Source: Callorhinchus milii (taxonomy: Eukaryota). Taken from it: 64,000 bases of DNA. Both the position numbers and the translations under genes were made by a program. The notes below the pieces were generated by a model that was not told the origin of the DNA, did no database searches, and saw only the letters and a list, made by a program, of their open reading frames with translations. The stretch is from positions 123,940,001 to 124,004,000 of the forward strand of contig NW_024704742.1 of assembly GCF_018977255.1 (NCBI RefSeq), in the 5' to 3' direction. Positions 34,101 through 47,800 of the stretch are shown in pieces (position 1 is the stretch's first letter; each line of letters opens with the position of its first letter).

Positions 34101-35737
34101 ACCTTTACTATCTGCCTGTTAGTTCTCAATCTAGTTATCTGGAGTGCACAGCTTATTTGATTATGAAATAGTAGCTTTGCAATAATGTATACTAATTTTC
34201 TTTCCATGCAATGCAGTACCAAACTGTACCTAATACTCTCCAGGATTAGGTGAACATAATCCCTCCAGGACTACGTTTACACAAGAACATTTCCATGCAT
34301 AGGTGGAATTCTCGGATTGGTTTGTATAGTCTTGAGCAAGGTCATGGGTTTTGTCATGTGTTAAGACATCCAGCTAACCAAAGCAAAATGGAAAGTAGCA
34401 GCCGACTATACCACACACCATTTCCTCAGCCATTTCAACTGTCCAGAGAATGAAAACAAATCTATCAGTGTTGATACAAGTCCCTAGAAGCATTTATCAT
34501 GAGTCACAGCACTTTCAGGGTGTATTTAAGGCCCTGAATTAAGTCAGGATGTCCACATTTCAGATGGAGGTGCTGATAGAGGGCTTGGTAGGCAAAAGTT
34601 TTAAAGTAACAGCGACACGATGGACCTGAAGGTAGGAAATTTGGAAATTTCTCACTCTAAGATGAATACCTCTCAGAGATTCTTTTGGGCTAGAATTCCA
34701 TCCAGTCTTAAACTGTTTTGTCTTAAAATGTAAGATTGTGCAGAATTAAACATTTGGTCTTAATTTGGAAACTGGTTTTCCATAGTTCTTAACAACTATC
34801 CTCCAATTCAAGATTGAGTTTAAGAATTTTCCACAATTCTGGGTGATCTTGAATTTTAAGATAATCTTTATCTCTGAGACTGGGAAGAGCATTGGAGCAG
34901 AGAAATCTTCTGATTCAGACATTATATCAAAGCCTGGAGATATTTCCCTCAGAGTCACAGTCACCTCCTCAGAACATTGTCCAATTTGCCTTACCCACCA
35001 CTCCACCACCCATTGCCTCCGTTCGGCCGGCTCTGACCTCCTGTTCGTCCCTCACTCCCTCTGCTCCACCATAGGTGGTCGTGCTTTCAGCCACAACGCC
35101 CCGAAGCTTGGGAACTCCCTCTCTCAATCCCTCCACCTTGCCCCTCCCTCCCCACTTTCAAATCCCATCTAAAGACCTTCTATTTTGATTGTGTTTACAG
35201 TCACCTCCTCGTACCATCTCCCCCTGGCTTGGGGGTCAGACTCCACCACTGTCAAGCTCCCTGGGACACTACCCCGCATGAAGGGCACTATATAAATGCA
35301 GGTTGTTGTTGTCAACTCATGTTCGTTATTCAAATCACATTGGACAACACTGTTTATGAGTTATGTCTTTATTGTACCTTGTGAACTGGGCACTTTTTGA
35401 CTGGCTTGATTCTCAGTACATAACCCTAGCTTTCCGAAACAAATTAGCTTATGCTGCAGCACACATCATGGAAATATTAAACTACCTATGAAGCAACAGA
35501 GTTGATGCATTGAAGAAATGAACCAGATTACAATAGATTATTCTCAAAAGATTATCAAGTTGCAACCTATAGTTCATTACATCTAAACAATTTCACTTTC
35601 AAACATTCAATAACATAAATTGCCAGAAAATCACTCATTCATATGTTATAGGACAAGTGCTGACAGAGTGAAAGCAAGAAACAATTCATTCTGGAGGCAG
35701 TGCAATAGTATGGAAAGGCTTTGTTTGGGTGCACAGG

Positions 35738-38700
35738 TTAATCCATTGTCATGTTATGAGTTGTAACCCTGATTTTATCATTTATCCAGCGGAGATTGTT
35801 CTTGGATAATCGGGTATAAATGCCAGGTTTGTTGCGAAGTGCACATTCATCTCCTCCACCTATAATTATGCCACAGTACACTTTTTTCCTAAACATTTTA
35901 GTTTGACAAATTAATGGTCCACCCGAATCTCCCTGAAACAAAACAAGGAAAAAATTCTTAACATAATAAAGACAAGAGTTCACATATTGCCATCTTTATA
36001 CAGCTGAAAGTGAGGCAATATTGTTGGTAGAAAGCTTAATAATAATAATGATACTTTCATTTCATTTAGCGTCTTATCACATCATCGAGAAGTCTCAAAG
36101 CACTTCACAGAATATACTGCAAAGTGAATTGACTGTTGATTTTGTGAGCGAGCTTGATTTATACTTGCTCCATATCATTTCTGAGCACCAAATTTCAGAG
36201 TTTTTGTAAGGGTGAAATACAGTAAACTTCCCATAAGTCGTATCAATTGGGTCCATACATTTAATATGACTTATGCAAAGTATGAGTGATGTCAAACTTG
36301 CTAGAATATGAACTCTTGAATGGAACTTGGGCAGATGTATGACGGAGTCAATTAGACGATTTATACAGATCTGACTTATGCAAGTTTTACTGTAACTTTT
36401 TAAAACAACAATTTCATCAAAATTCTTAGTCTAAAAACTCTCAGGCATTCCAATAACCAGTTTCAACTTTCCCATCAAGGAAACAATGGGGAGCAGAGGC
36501 CTTAGCAACTTGTTTCACTGAGGTTATACTCAATGGCGCAAATTGATGTGTTTCTCAAATCACCTCCTTTAAAATCAGTGCTTAGACATGTGAATTACAG
36601 GGTTTAGCATTTATATGAATAGGCACTATTGTTGTTAGACTTATTTTATGAAACTTAAGCACAATTAATTTAGCAAAGAACCTCAATGGTGTTAACAACC
36701 ATTTACATTTACATTTAAAATTATTTAAACACAAATTCATAACAGGTATGGAGCCTCTAACATCAAGAGGACGTTCCATAGCACTTCACAGGCTTTACTG
36801 TAACATGGAGTGTTTTGTACATTAGTACATTTGTCTGAATAAACATTGTAATGTAATGCAACAGCCACAGTTGTGAATAGCAAATAGACATTGCAACAAC
36901 TGGAGCCATAAAACAGCAACCTCAAAGCATGAACTTTTGAAGTGAAACAACAATTGGCTTTGTCACTGAATGAATCTTATAATAATAATAAAAATACTTG
37001 CATTTAATATAGCGCCTTATCACGTCGTTGAGACACCTCAAAGCGCTTCACAGAATATATTGTAATGTGGAGTGACTGTATTTTGTGGGCGAAATGTCTT
37101 GCACAAATTTCACTTTTAGGGTCCAGGAATTTACAGCTAAAATAATCAAAATCTAGTAATAATGTATTACTTACCAAACATGAATCTTTTCTATATTTTT
37201 TATCACCAGCACATAACATTTCCTCTGTTATCAAAGGATCGCCATTATAACACACTTCACTGTTGCAGACCTTCCTGTCCATTATTTCTATATTCACTTT
37301 CTTTAGAGTATCAGAAGGTGTTGTACTTCGTGGATTAGTTATTCCCCATCCTGCAATACTGCACTTGGTTTTAGGTTTGATATCTTCTGTCGATTTTGGA
37401 AGCTTCAGCGTTGACACATACTTGTTCAGAACAGCTTCATGAGACAACTGTGACATATTAAGCAAAGAATAGCATTTGTTTATAACTGTTAGTGCTGAGT
37501 AAGAAACAAGCAGTAGAATACTGTTGTTGCACAACCTACGTCCTTTGTGGACTAGATTTGGGCAGCCTCAAATGAGCTCTCAGTAAACTAGGCTGAGAGC
37601 ACAAAGTTGTCTTTAATTTGGTATTAAATGGCACAACATTAACAATACGAGTGAGACTGGATGGCATTCTGGTGCAACAGAGGGCGCACTTTTTGCATGT
37701 TAGTACACGGATATTAATTACAGGTTAATTACACTGCTTCATCCAACAATTGGCTACACACAGAACAATCCCACACAGGAGAGATAAGATTCATTTGGTT
37801 AAGATCCATTACATTTATCGCTAACTTTTATTTGATTATTTGGGGCATAAGATTTATTTAGATCTGTTTGATTACATATTCTAGGAAACCCTAAACTTCC
37901 GCCAAGTCTAATAATAATAATAATCCTTGCATTTGATATAGCGCTTTTCACGTCGGGAGGATGGCCCAAAGCGCTTCACAGAACACACTGTAAAGTGAAT
38001 TGACTGTATATTTGTGGGCGAACGCGGCAGCCAATTGCGCACAGCAATGTCCCACAAACAGTCGTAGATTGAATATGACCAATTTATTATTGTTTTTGGT
38101 TTTGGAGGGATTATTATTATTAGGCGTGTGGAGTAAGGAAACTTGCCCAAGGTTTTGCCCTGCCTGGAATTGAACTCAGATCTCTCACTTGCAAAGCGAG
38201 TGCTCTAACCACTGAGCTACAGGACTCCACTGTAAGCTTTTACAACCATTTTATTTTAAAATGTAAGATGGTACAGAGTTAAGCAAAATTCTTAAATTCT
38301 ATGTTCATTTGGAAGACGATCCTTTTTTAAGAACAGCAGAAAACCAGCTTGCAAATTATGACTGAATTTAAGAATTTCCCACAATTTTCCATCGTGTAAA
38401 ATTTTAAGACTATACGGTTGGTTTTTCAGGTCATAATTGGATGGAATTTCAGGCCTGAGACTCAGTCAACAACATTTAAAATGGAATAGGGTAAAAACTT
38501 TGAAAAGAAAAAATATATAAAAGAGTAGTGGGGAAAAGAATGAGGATTTGGGTTTGGAGTAGATGGCTAGAGTGGGTGAGCTAGCAACAGCTTAAGCTTA
38601 ATTGATCAAATATCTCCTTATTATCCTGTAATTTCTTGGATCCTATTGTGTTCTGGTATTCTGAATTGGCCCACAGTTAACGTGGTGGTGGGTGGGGAGC

Positions 38701-40957
38701 TGGGGGTTATAATCGTACTAACAGTAGCAACAGCAGGGCGAAACCTTGGGCAAGTTTCCTTACTCCACACGCCTAATAATAATCCCTCCAAAACAAATCA
38801 ATAATAAATTGGTCATTTTCAACCACGACTGTTTGTGGGACACTGCTGTGCGCAATTGGCTGCCACGTTTTGCCCACAAATATACAGTCAATTCACTTTA
38901 CAGCATATTCTGTGAAGCGCTTTGAGACGTTGAGAAGACGTGAACAGCGCTATATCAAATGCAAGGGTTATTATTATTATTATTATTATTATCAGCTTTT
39001 CAATCTTAAAGTGTCCTGTGAGAAAATCAAGCCCCATCAAACTGCCCCAGTTGGGTTCTCTGTGCTCTGGCGTTGTAAGCCATCGCCCAATCACAGATTC
39101 TTACCGGATCGAACTTTAGTTACCTGTAATAGCATGATGTCGTGCCTAAGCAAATGGAAATCTTTATGAGGTACAACCTGCACGACTTTCAATAACTGTT
39201 CCTTCTTTCCCGTTCTGTTAGAAAGTGAATGAGCCCCGAGAAGTACTTCAATGCGTTTGTGCATTATATTTCTGCAATTGTAAAAAGAAATTGAGCAGTT
39301 GAAAATGCAGCCGCAGATTCACGTTCATGTGGTCTCTGGCCTCATTGTACGCGATTGCTCGTGGCTGTCTTCATAAGCCTGAAGTGACACTGAGTGATAA
39401 AAGAGTAAATATTAGACAATAATAAATGAGATGGTATGTGCCTATTGCAGCGATTTCCAAATTTGTGGGAGCAGGGATCAGACCAAGTGATAAACCGACC
39501 CACTAACAGCTAAAATTCAGAAATATTAACTGAAATTTTTTTAAGGGCATGATTCTTTGATCATTATTAATCTCACCTACCTGGGCAGGTCAGCATATTT
39601 TATTTTTCATTGGGTAGCAATTCCCATGCTAAACTCACACGGTGAGTGTACAACCATTGACAATTCACCCCAGACCTTTATTCCACATCAGACAGTATAT
39701 TTCCTCACACAGCTTTCAGGGAAAACTAGGGGCTTAAGCTAAACAAAATGAAATTTTATCCCAACAACAACAACAACTTGCACTTATATAGAGCTCTCCA
39801 AGTAGGGTAGCGTCTCAGAGTGCTTAACGGTGGCTGACGCCAAGCCGGAAGGGAGGGAGGTGGCCGTAAGTACGTTCGACACTTTAACATCAGAGCTAAT
39901 TGGGTTTAAAATTAATCTTACATTTAAATAAGATTATACACAGGAAGAGTAAGCAGGTTTTTAGAGGTATTTAAAATCAACTCCCGCACCCCGACATCGT
40001 TGGGAAATTCTTATGGACTTCATAGCCTGACTAGCCCATGGTTTAATGTATGACTTCCATCTGGAACCATAGAAATACATGCAACACAGAAGAAGGCTAT
40101 TCCGTCCATTGGGTCTGTGCTGGTTCTTTGAAAGAACAATGCATTCAGTCCCATTTACTTGCCTTTTTTCCGTACTCCTGCAAATTATTTATTTTCAGAT
40201 ATCTATCCAGCTACTTCCTTATCAAGACTGCTTATAAAAAACACTGTCTAGTAGTGGTATTGCATTAGAGCATCAGCCTAGATTATGTCAAATTGCTTCA
40301 CAGGATCTACTGTAAAGTGCAGTGACTGTGTATTTGTCGGCAAAATGCCTTGGGTGGGGCTTAAATCTACAACTTTCTGATCAAGAGTTTTGCCAATTGA
40401 ATCAAACTAATACTTAAATGATAGTAATTTCTGACAGAACAGATGATAGGTATTTTATTAATGGTCACTGAGTTATTTTTTACAAAAGGTAAATCTTAAG
40501 CAATGAAGGAAAATAAAGGGCAACAAGGTTGTTCTGACTAAATGAATCACTTTTAAAGCATCAAAGATGAATTTCAACAAATATTGTAATCTGTAATATT
40601 ACTTTAAAATCACACCTGCACAATAGGGAATAAGAGAAACAAAGTGACTTACAGTGAACAGTGTGCTGCAGTCAGTATCCATTCAGGTGTGATCAAAGCT
40701 CCTCCACATTTATGATTTCCATCTACCTGAATAGATGCCATGTATGGTCTTGAGTGAGGTTTAACATCTTGACCTCCGATGATCTCCATGCAAATATCTA
40801 TGGCAGGCAATAATAAATAAACAATAAATACGAAATGGTCAGCTCATAGAAAAATTGCTAGTTAACATAAAATTAGATCTGTTCTATACTTACAGCCTTG
40901 CAAGGCCAGGAAAATTATTTTAAAGGCAAGGATCACCATATTAATAACATCCATCAT
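35738..40957 (-). CDS. Gzm5: intact granzyme K-like tryptase, 274 aa
   Basis: Exons 40894-40957, 40653-40797, 39124-39271, 37175-37447 and 35738-35932 (825 nt, in frame). [56 protein letters not shown]. The ME propeptide, Gly215 and KPGIYT resemble mammalian GZMK. Confidence 0.87.
37909..38230 (-). mobile_element. Young full-length tRNA-Ala SINE in Gzm5 intron 3
   Basis: Same family; a 5'-truncated copy lies in the opposite orientation at 38735-38991. Confidence 0.88.
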
Positions 40958-40989
40958 CTTCTTACTTGCATCAAAAAGAAGTGTAGTTT

Positions 40990-41019
40990 CATTTTAAGGT
41001 GTTTTCAGAAGGATGTGGT
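40990..41019 (-). promoter_or_regulatory. Gzm5 core promoter: TATA-like box plus GGATGTGGT element
   Basis: TTAAAATG (minus strand) at 40990-40997 and GGATGTGGT at 41011-41019. Confidence 0.5.
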
Positions 41020-42854
41020 GACACTTCATCCTACAGAGCATAACACACTGATGTGGAAGGTTTACAGACTTGTGATATGTGTGATCATTTTGGAGTGAAA
41101 TTAGCTGCGTTTTTTAAAGCGTTTGAGTTGACTGAAAACGTTATGAAATGCCACTAATTTACTTCTTATATGGTTTGGTTGAATATTTACGAAATTATTC
41201 TTCCCAACCTGTCAACAGAAAACCGATGAATGGCTTCACGGGGGAATTATGTTTTGTTTTGGCAAAAGAAGGGATTCGTACATAAGAACAGAAGAATTAG
41301 GAGCAGAAGTAGGCTATTTGGCCCCTCAAGCTTGCCCCGCCATTCAATATGGTCATGGCTGATCTATTCTAACTCCATCTACCCGCCTTAGCCCGATATC
41401 CCTTTATCCCTTTATCCACAAGAAATCTATCAATCTCAATTAAAGGATAACAGTTAGAAAGCAAAAAGCTGTAACTGACTTTTGGCATTAGTGATCTTTA
41501 ATGTCTCCAAAATTGCTTGTCTTATTAAGAACATAAGAAATGCTAGATAAAAAAAAGACCAAGGTCCATCTTATTCGCCTTGCGCCTCCTGGCGGTTGCC
41601 TGGACATGTTCCGAACGACCCATGTACTATATCCCATAATGTTATTTCCTAAAGGAAAACTGTCTAAACTGTTATTGCTTCATGAGGAATCTATTATAAA
41701 GGCCCATCATTAGAGTATACTAATCATAGAGCTTCACCAGTGAAGTGCTCACCAGTGAGTGCTGTTCACAGAAGTAATTAACCTTAACTGTAATAACTGG
41801 AAAATAGATATTAATGGAGACTTTAAAAAGTGTTTTTGGACTGAGGTGCTGTAACAGATCAGGCTCAACTCTGCATTGAGTAGGCTGCCAACACTCATTA
41901 CCAAGACGTAATGAATAATGATCACTTGAGCAGGGCTATGGAACTACATCCAGAAAGAGGAGGCCAGACCAGGAGGCATATGTAGAGTCCTGTAGCTCAG
42001 TGGTTAGAGCTCTCAACTCGCAAGCGAGAGTCCTGGCTTCTATTCCCAGGCAGAGTAAAATGTTGAGCAAGTTTCCTTAGTCCACACGACGCTGTTTACA
42101 TAGTAGTAAGTAGCAACTTGGTTGTTAGTTAATTGGTGGATCACTTTTCTGGGATAATAATTCCTTAAAAAAAATTAGTTACTCAATCCATGACTGTTTG
42201 TGGGACACTGCTGTGCCCAATTGGCTGCCGAGTTTCACCCACAAACTATACAGTCAATTCATTTTACAGCATATTCTGTGAAGCGCTTTGAGTCATCTTG
42301 AAGATGTGATAAGGCACTACATCAAATGCAAGTTTTTTTTTATTATATGTCATTGTAGAGAAAATTAGGAAAAAAAACTACTGTATTTATTTTTAAAACA
42401 AAAGTAATGGTAATGGAAAAGTTAGTGACTTTAGAAACATGCTATGACATTTGGGATAGGTCAACAAAATTGTGCGAAGAGACCATTTTCTACAAGTCAC
42501 AAACATCTGCAAGACTTGGGTTTTGAGATATGAGAGAGGTTTGAGAAGAGTGCAAAGGAAGAAAAACATGCAAAATTGGATGTGAACCAATAAGATAAAT
42601 ACCTGTGATAGTCAGATATGTGTGAATAGAGACTGATAGAATTGATCCTGCATGCATCAGATCTCACACATTAGGTGTGAAAAGCATACATTCTAAGACC
42701 CTGCTGAACACTTATGCTAACCACTACTGTTAAGTGTTTCTTTTAAGAAAAGACTGAGATAGAGCAGAAATAAGGCTCACTTTGTCTCTTGCAAAACGAG
42801 ACCAAAGATCAACAGTCTATCAGTTTCAGGGTCTAGTCATCACCTCATGAAATT

Positions 42855-43448
42855 ATAGAATCATACAGCACAGAAGGAGGCCATTCGGCCTATCGTGTTC
42901 TATGCCAGCTCTTTGAAAAGAGCTATCCAAATTAATCCCACTCTCTCCCCATAGCCCTGCAAACTTGCCCTCCCCAAATAATTATCTACTTCTCTCTTGA
43001 AAGTTGTTACTGAATCAGTTTCCACCACCCTTTCAGGAAATGCATGCCAGATCCGAACAACTCCCTTCTCCTCACCTCGCCTCTGGTTCTTTTAACAACT
43101 ATTTCAAATTGGTGTCCTCGGGATACTGACCCACCCGCCAGTGGAAATAGTTTATCCTTGTCCACCCTATCAAATCCCCTCCTAATTTTGAAAACTTCTA
43201 TTCAATCTCCACTTAACCTATTCTGCTCCAAGGAGAATAATCCTAGCTTCTCTAGTCTCTCCTGATAACTGGAATCCCTCATTCCTGGCACCATCTTGGT
43301 AAATCTCTTTTGCACTCTCTCCAATGCCTTGACATCCTTCCTAAAGTGTGGTGCCCAGAACTAAACACAGTACTCTAGCTGAGGCCAAACCAGTGTTTTA
43401 TAAAGGTTCATCGTAACGTCCTGATTTTTGTATTCTATACTCCTATTT
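42855..43448 (-). mobile_element. CR1 LINE 3' fragment, interrupted by a SINE at 43449-43777
   Basis: Reverse complement of a CR1 RT C-terminus (VQFWAPHFRKD-type) and 3' UTR ending ctgtgctgtatgattctat. Confidence 0.8.
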
Positions 43449-43777
43449 AGTCCTGTAGCTCAATGGTTAGAGCACTCGCTTTGCAAGTGAGAGACCTGAG
43501 TTCAATTCCAGGCAGGGCGAAACCTTGGGCAAGTTTCCTTACTCCACACGCCTAATAATAATCCCTCCAAAAACCCAAAACAATAATAAATTGGTCATTT
43601 TCAATCTACGACTGTTTGTGGGACATTGCTGTGCGCAATTGGCTGCCGCGTTCGCCCACAAATATACAGTCAATTCACTTTACAGTGTGTTCTGTGAAGC
43701 GCTTTGGGATGTCCTCCTGACGTGAAAAGCGCTATATCAAATGCAAGGATTATTATTATTATTATTATTATTATTAT
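43449..43777 (+). mobile_element. Young tRNA-Ala SINE
   Basis: Same family, with an (ATT)n tail. Confidence 0.87.
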
Positions 43778-44888
43778 AAAGCCCAGTATCACGTATCCTT
43801 TTTTTTAAGTTTTAGGTCCATTTCCTGCTCAGATGTCAGCCTCTGTCAGAATTCTGTAGGTTCAAGCCAGACTTTGGGATTTTGAATTCATATGGTCTAA
43901 GTTGACACTCCAATGGAGTGCTTGGAGGACACTGCACTACAGAACCTTCAATAATACAGCCCAACTCCAGGATTGGATTAAAGTGTCAGCCTAGACTATG
44001 GAAGTTCAAGACTATGAGTTCCAAATCCCAACATGGAGCTCAAATTCACAATCTTCTGACTCAGGGGTGAGAGTGCTACTAACTCAACTTGTCTAACACT
44101 TTGGAAGTACAGATGATCAGGCGTTTGAAGAAAGCATGTGAAAATTGGGATTAAAAATACGAAGAGGTGCGACAATCTGATAAAACAGTAAAGCACCAAT
44201 TCTTACAACTAAATGTTGACAAGATGGAAGCCATACTCCTTGGCTCCCATCAATGTCCTCTGTCTTGTGGCTATGACCTTCTCAATTTCCCCGGAATATC
44301 CCTCAGACTCACCGAACTGGTGGCAACCTAGGCATCAGGTTCGACCCACACCTGTCCTTCTTTCCTCACACCTAGTCCCTAAGCAGGAATGCCTTACTCC
44401 ACCTCCGCCACATTGCCCGCCACTGTCAAATGCTCTGGGACTCTACCCTGCGTGAAGAGTGCTATATAAATGCAGGTTGTTGTTGTTGTTATGCCTATGT
44501 TCCCAATGATATGGAATCTGAATAATTGATCCAAATGCACAAGAACAGTTATGCAGTTTGCTTTATTTTCTATTTCAAACAAAGGCTCAAAAGAGAATAA
44601 GTGGTGCCATGTGGTGCAGTGGGATTCAATAAACACCTTGCTCTGAGCGTCAGTGCAGACTTAATGGGACAAATGACTTTCACTCTTAAATTTCTATCAA
44701 TTATTACCAAATAATATAACTATGAAGAGTTATATTCTGAAAAAAAGCAGCCTCTTAAAGCAAGTTAGCAAGCAGACAGTACTGTGGATTTGAGTTCCAT
44801 TTAGTTCAACCCAAGAGCAGGCAATAATGATATCAAGCAAAGAAATACAGAAATACGTTGTTTCTGCATACAAAGAAACTGATCCCAG

Positions 44889-47800
44889 TCAGTTTTGCTT
44901 CATTGTTGTATTGTAATTTGTGCCTTTAATTGATTTCTTAATCCACGTGACATGTTTACTGGATAGAAGCATATAGATGCCAGGCTTTTTGTCAACAGCA
45001 CAACCCTTTCCAAAAGAGGCAACTCCAGAGAAGACAGGTTTACCGAAACGTTTTGTTTTACACAGTAAAGCATCACCAGCATCGCCCTGCAACAAAACAA
45101 ATACAAATTATCACTCAACTTATATAAACATTAATATAACAATTCACACCATAATAAGTATACCACACTCCACTCCTTCAAACTCCAAAAATGTAAGGAA
45201 AGAGTTTACACCTCAAGCTTGTTTCTGTTTTACAATTATTATTATTATTATTTTCTAAGTTATTTTCTGTCTCCCCTTTTGGTTTCATATTTTGTACTAG
45301 TCTGTGATGGGAGGATAGGCTAATGGCCTATACATGTAATCTTGGTCAATAGTGAGTGCCCTTGAAGGTGATACAAGATATTTGTACAAACAGAGTGGCC
45401 TGAATTCCTTCACTTACTGAGGACAAATTCCTGTTATTCTTTGAATCACTGTGTAAATTATGCATGTTAGTTATACACAACGACAATTATTGTATACAAG
45501 GAATGGATAACTTACCACACATACACTGTTTTTACCCGTTTTGTCACCAGCACATATCATATCGTCAGTTATGACTGGATTCCGATTATAATAATTTTTA
45601 CTGTTGCAGGTGGTTCTGTCTATGATTCTTACAGTTGTTTCCTTCAAAGTGTCAGATGACTCATCATCATCTACACTGTCCTGACCCCATCCTTGAACAA
45701 TGCATTTTGTTTCAGGTTTGATATCTTTTGTTGATTTTGGCAGCGAAAGGATTGATACAAATTTATTCAGTTTAACAGGACGATCTAACTGTAACACACA
45801 AGAAAATCATAATAAAATGTAGACTATGCTTAAAAGTGATGTGTTTATGCCAGTTTTATTTCCCCAAGATTTTGCAATGCAATACATGTAAGTGAATCTA
45901 TATTGGCAGATGAGGTTTAATCCAGAGAAATGCAAAGTAACGCATTTTGGGAGGAAGAATGAGGAGAGACAATATAAGATGATGGTACAATCTTAAAGAG
46001 TGAGAAGGAAAAGAGAGACCTGGGATTTCATATAAGCAAATGTTTGAAGGTAGCAGGACAGGTATATAAAGCTGTTAAAAAGCATATGGGATACTAGGCT
46101 TTATAAATAGGGGCATCAAATACAAAAGTCAGTAAGTTATGATGAACCTTTATAAAACACTGGTTAGGCCTCAATGAGAATACTGTGTTCAGTTCTGGGC
46201 ACCACACTTTAGGAAGAAAGTCAAGGCATTGGAGAGGGTGCAAAGGGGATTTACCAGGATGGTACCAGGAATGAGGGACTTCAGTTATCAGGAGAGGCAA
46301 GAGAAGCTAGGATTATTCTCTTTGGCGAAGAGAAGGTTAAGAGGAGACTTAATAGAAATTTTCAAGATGATGAGGGGATTCGGTAGGGTGAACAAGGAGA
46401 AACTATTTCCACTGGCTGATGGGTTGGTAACCCGAAGACACTGATTTAAAATAGTTGTTAAAAGAAACAGAGGGGAGGTGAGGAGAATTTATTTCACACA
46501 ACGAGTTGTTTGGATCTGGAATGCGTTGCCTGAAAGGATGGTGGAAACCGATTTGATAACAACTTCTAAGAGAGAAGTAGATAATTATTTGGGGAGGACA
46601 AGTTTGCAGGGTATGGGGAGAGATCTTGGGAATAGGATTAATTTGGATAGCTCTTTTTAAAGAGCCGCTGCAATCACGATGGGCCGAATGGCCTCTTTCT
46701 GTGCTGTATAATTCTATGATTCTAACAATATTACTGAGCCACAATGTACACTGTTCTGCGGATAATTTCAAAATACCCAGTGAATTCACTTTGCAGTATA
46801 TTCTGTGAATCGTTTTGAGCAAGAACAACAACAAAATTACATTTGTAAAGCACCTTTCACGTTGGGACGACATTCCAAGGCACTGAACAGTCAGGGATCA
46901 GGACCCAAGTGTGGGGAACCCAGTTGTTAGTCGATTGGCAGATCACTTTTCCAGGGGTAATAATTCCTCAAAAAAAATTGGTTGCTCAATCTATAACTGT
47001 TTGTGGGACACTGCTGTGCAAAATTGGCTACCGGGTTTCACCTACGAAATATACAGTTAATCAATTTACAGTATATTCTGTGGAGGACCTTGAGACGTCT
47101 CGAAGATGTGATAAGGCCCTATATCAAATACAAGGATTATTTTTTTTAAATTATTATTGTAAAGCCTCCAAACCATATGATCTCAATGAATTTATCGATT
47201 CTGTGGATAATTGTACAGATGATATCATAATATATCATATTCCATACATTTGAGACAATAACACATTAACAAAGCCACAATTTTTACCTTAAGTAGCGCC
47301 AGGTTATTTTCCTCTGTCTTTTGATTATAGTTTTCACGTTTTTCCGCTATGGCTGTAAATTCCTGCCTTGTCTTGTTATTCTTCAAGGAAAGGGTTCCAA
47401 GGATCACACTTTTTTTCCCTTTGTGACGTTTGCTGAGGTGACTGTGTAAAGAAACTTTGTTACTTGGTGTATTTTTTAAAAAGGTTTTCAATTAGTTCAA
47501 TCATATCAATATCAACATTCACATGAAAATGAAATAACAGCAAACATTCTGTTTAATTTACTGCTTTCATTTTAGGGTGAAATTCCTACTGGTCTATTTG
47601 TGGATACAAGTATAGTATCTTTTTATACATTTTTACCCATTGTTCACACCCAGTACACACAGATCAGTACAGTAATAATAATCATAATAATAATAATAAT
47701 CATAATAATCCTTGCATTTGATATAGTGCTTTTCACGTCTTCTAGGCGTCTCAAAGTGCTTCACAGAATAGACTGTAAAGTGAAGTGACTGTATAATTGT

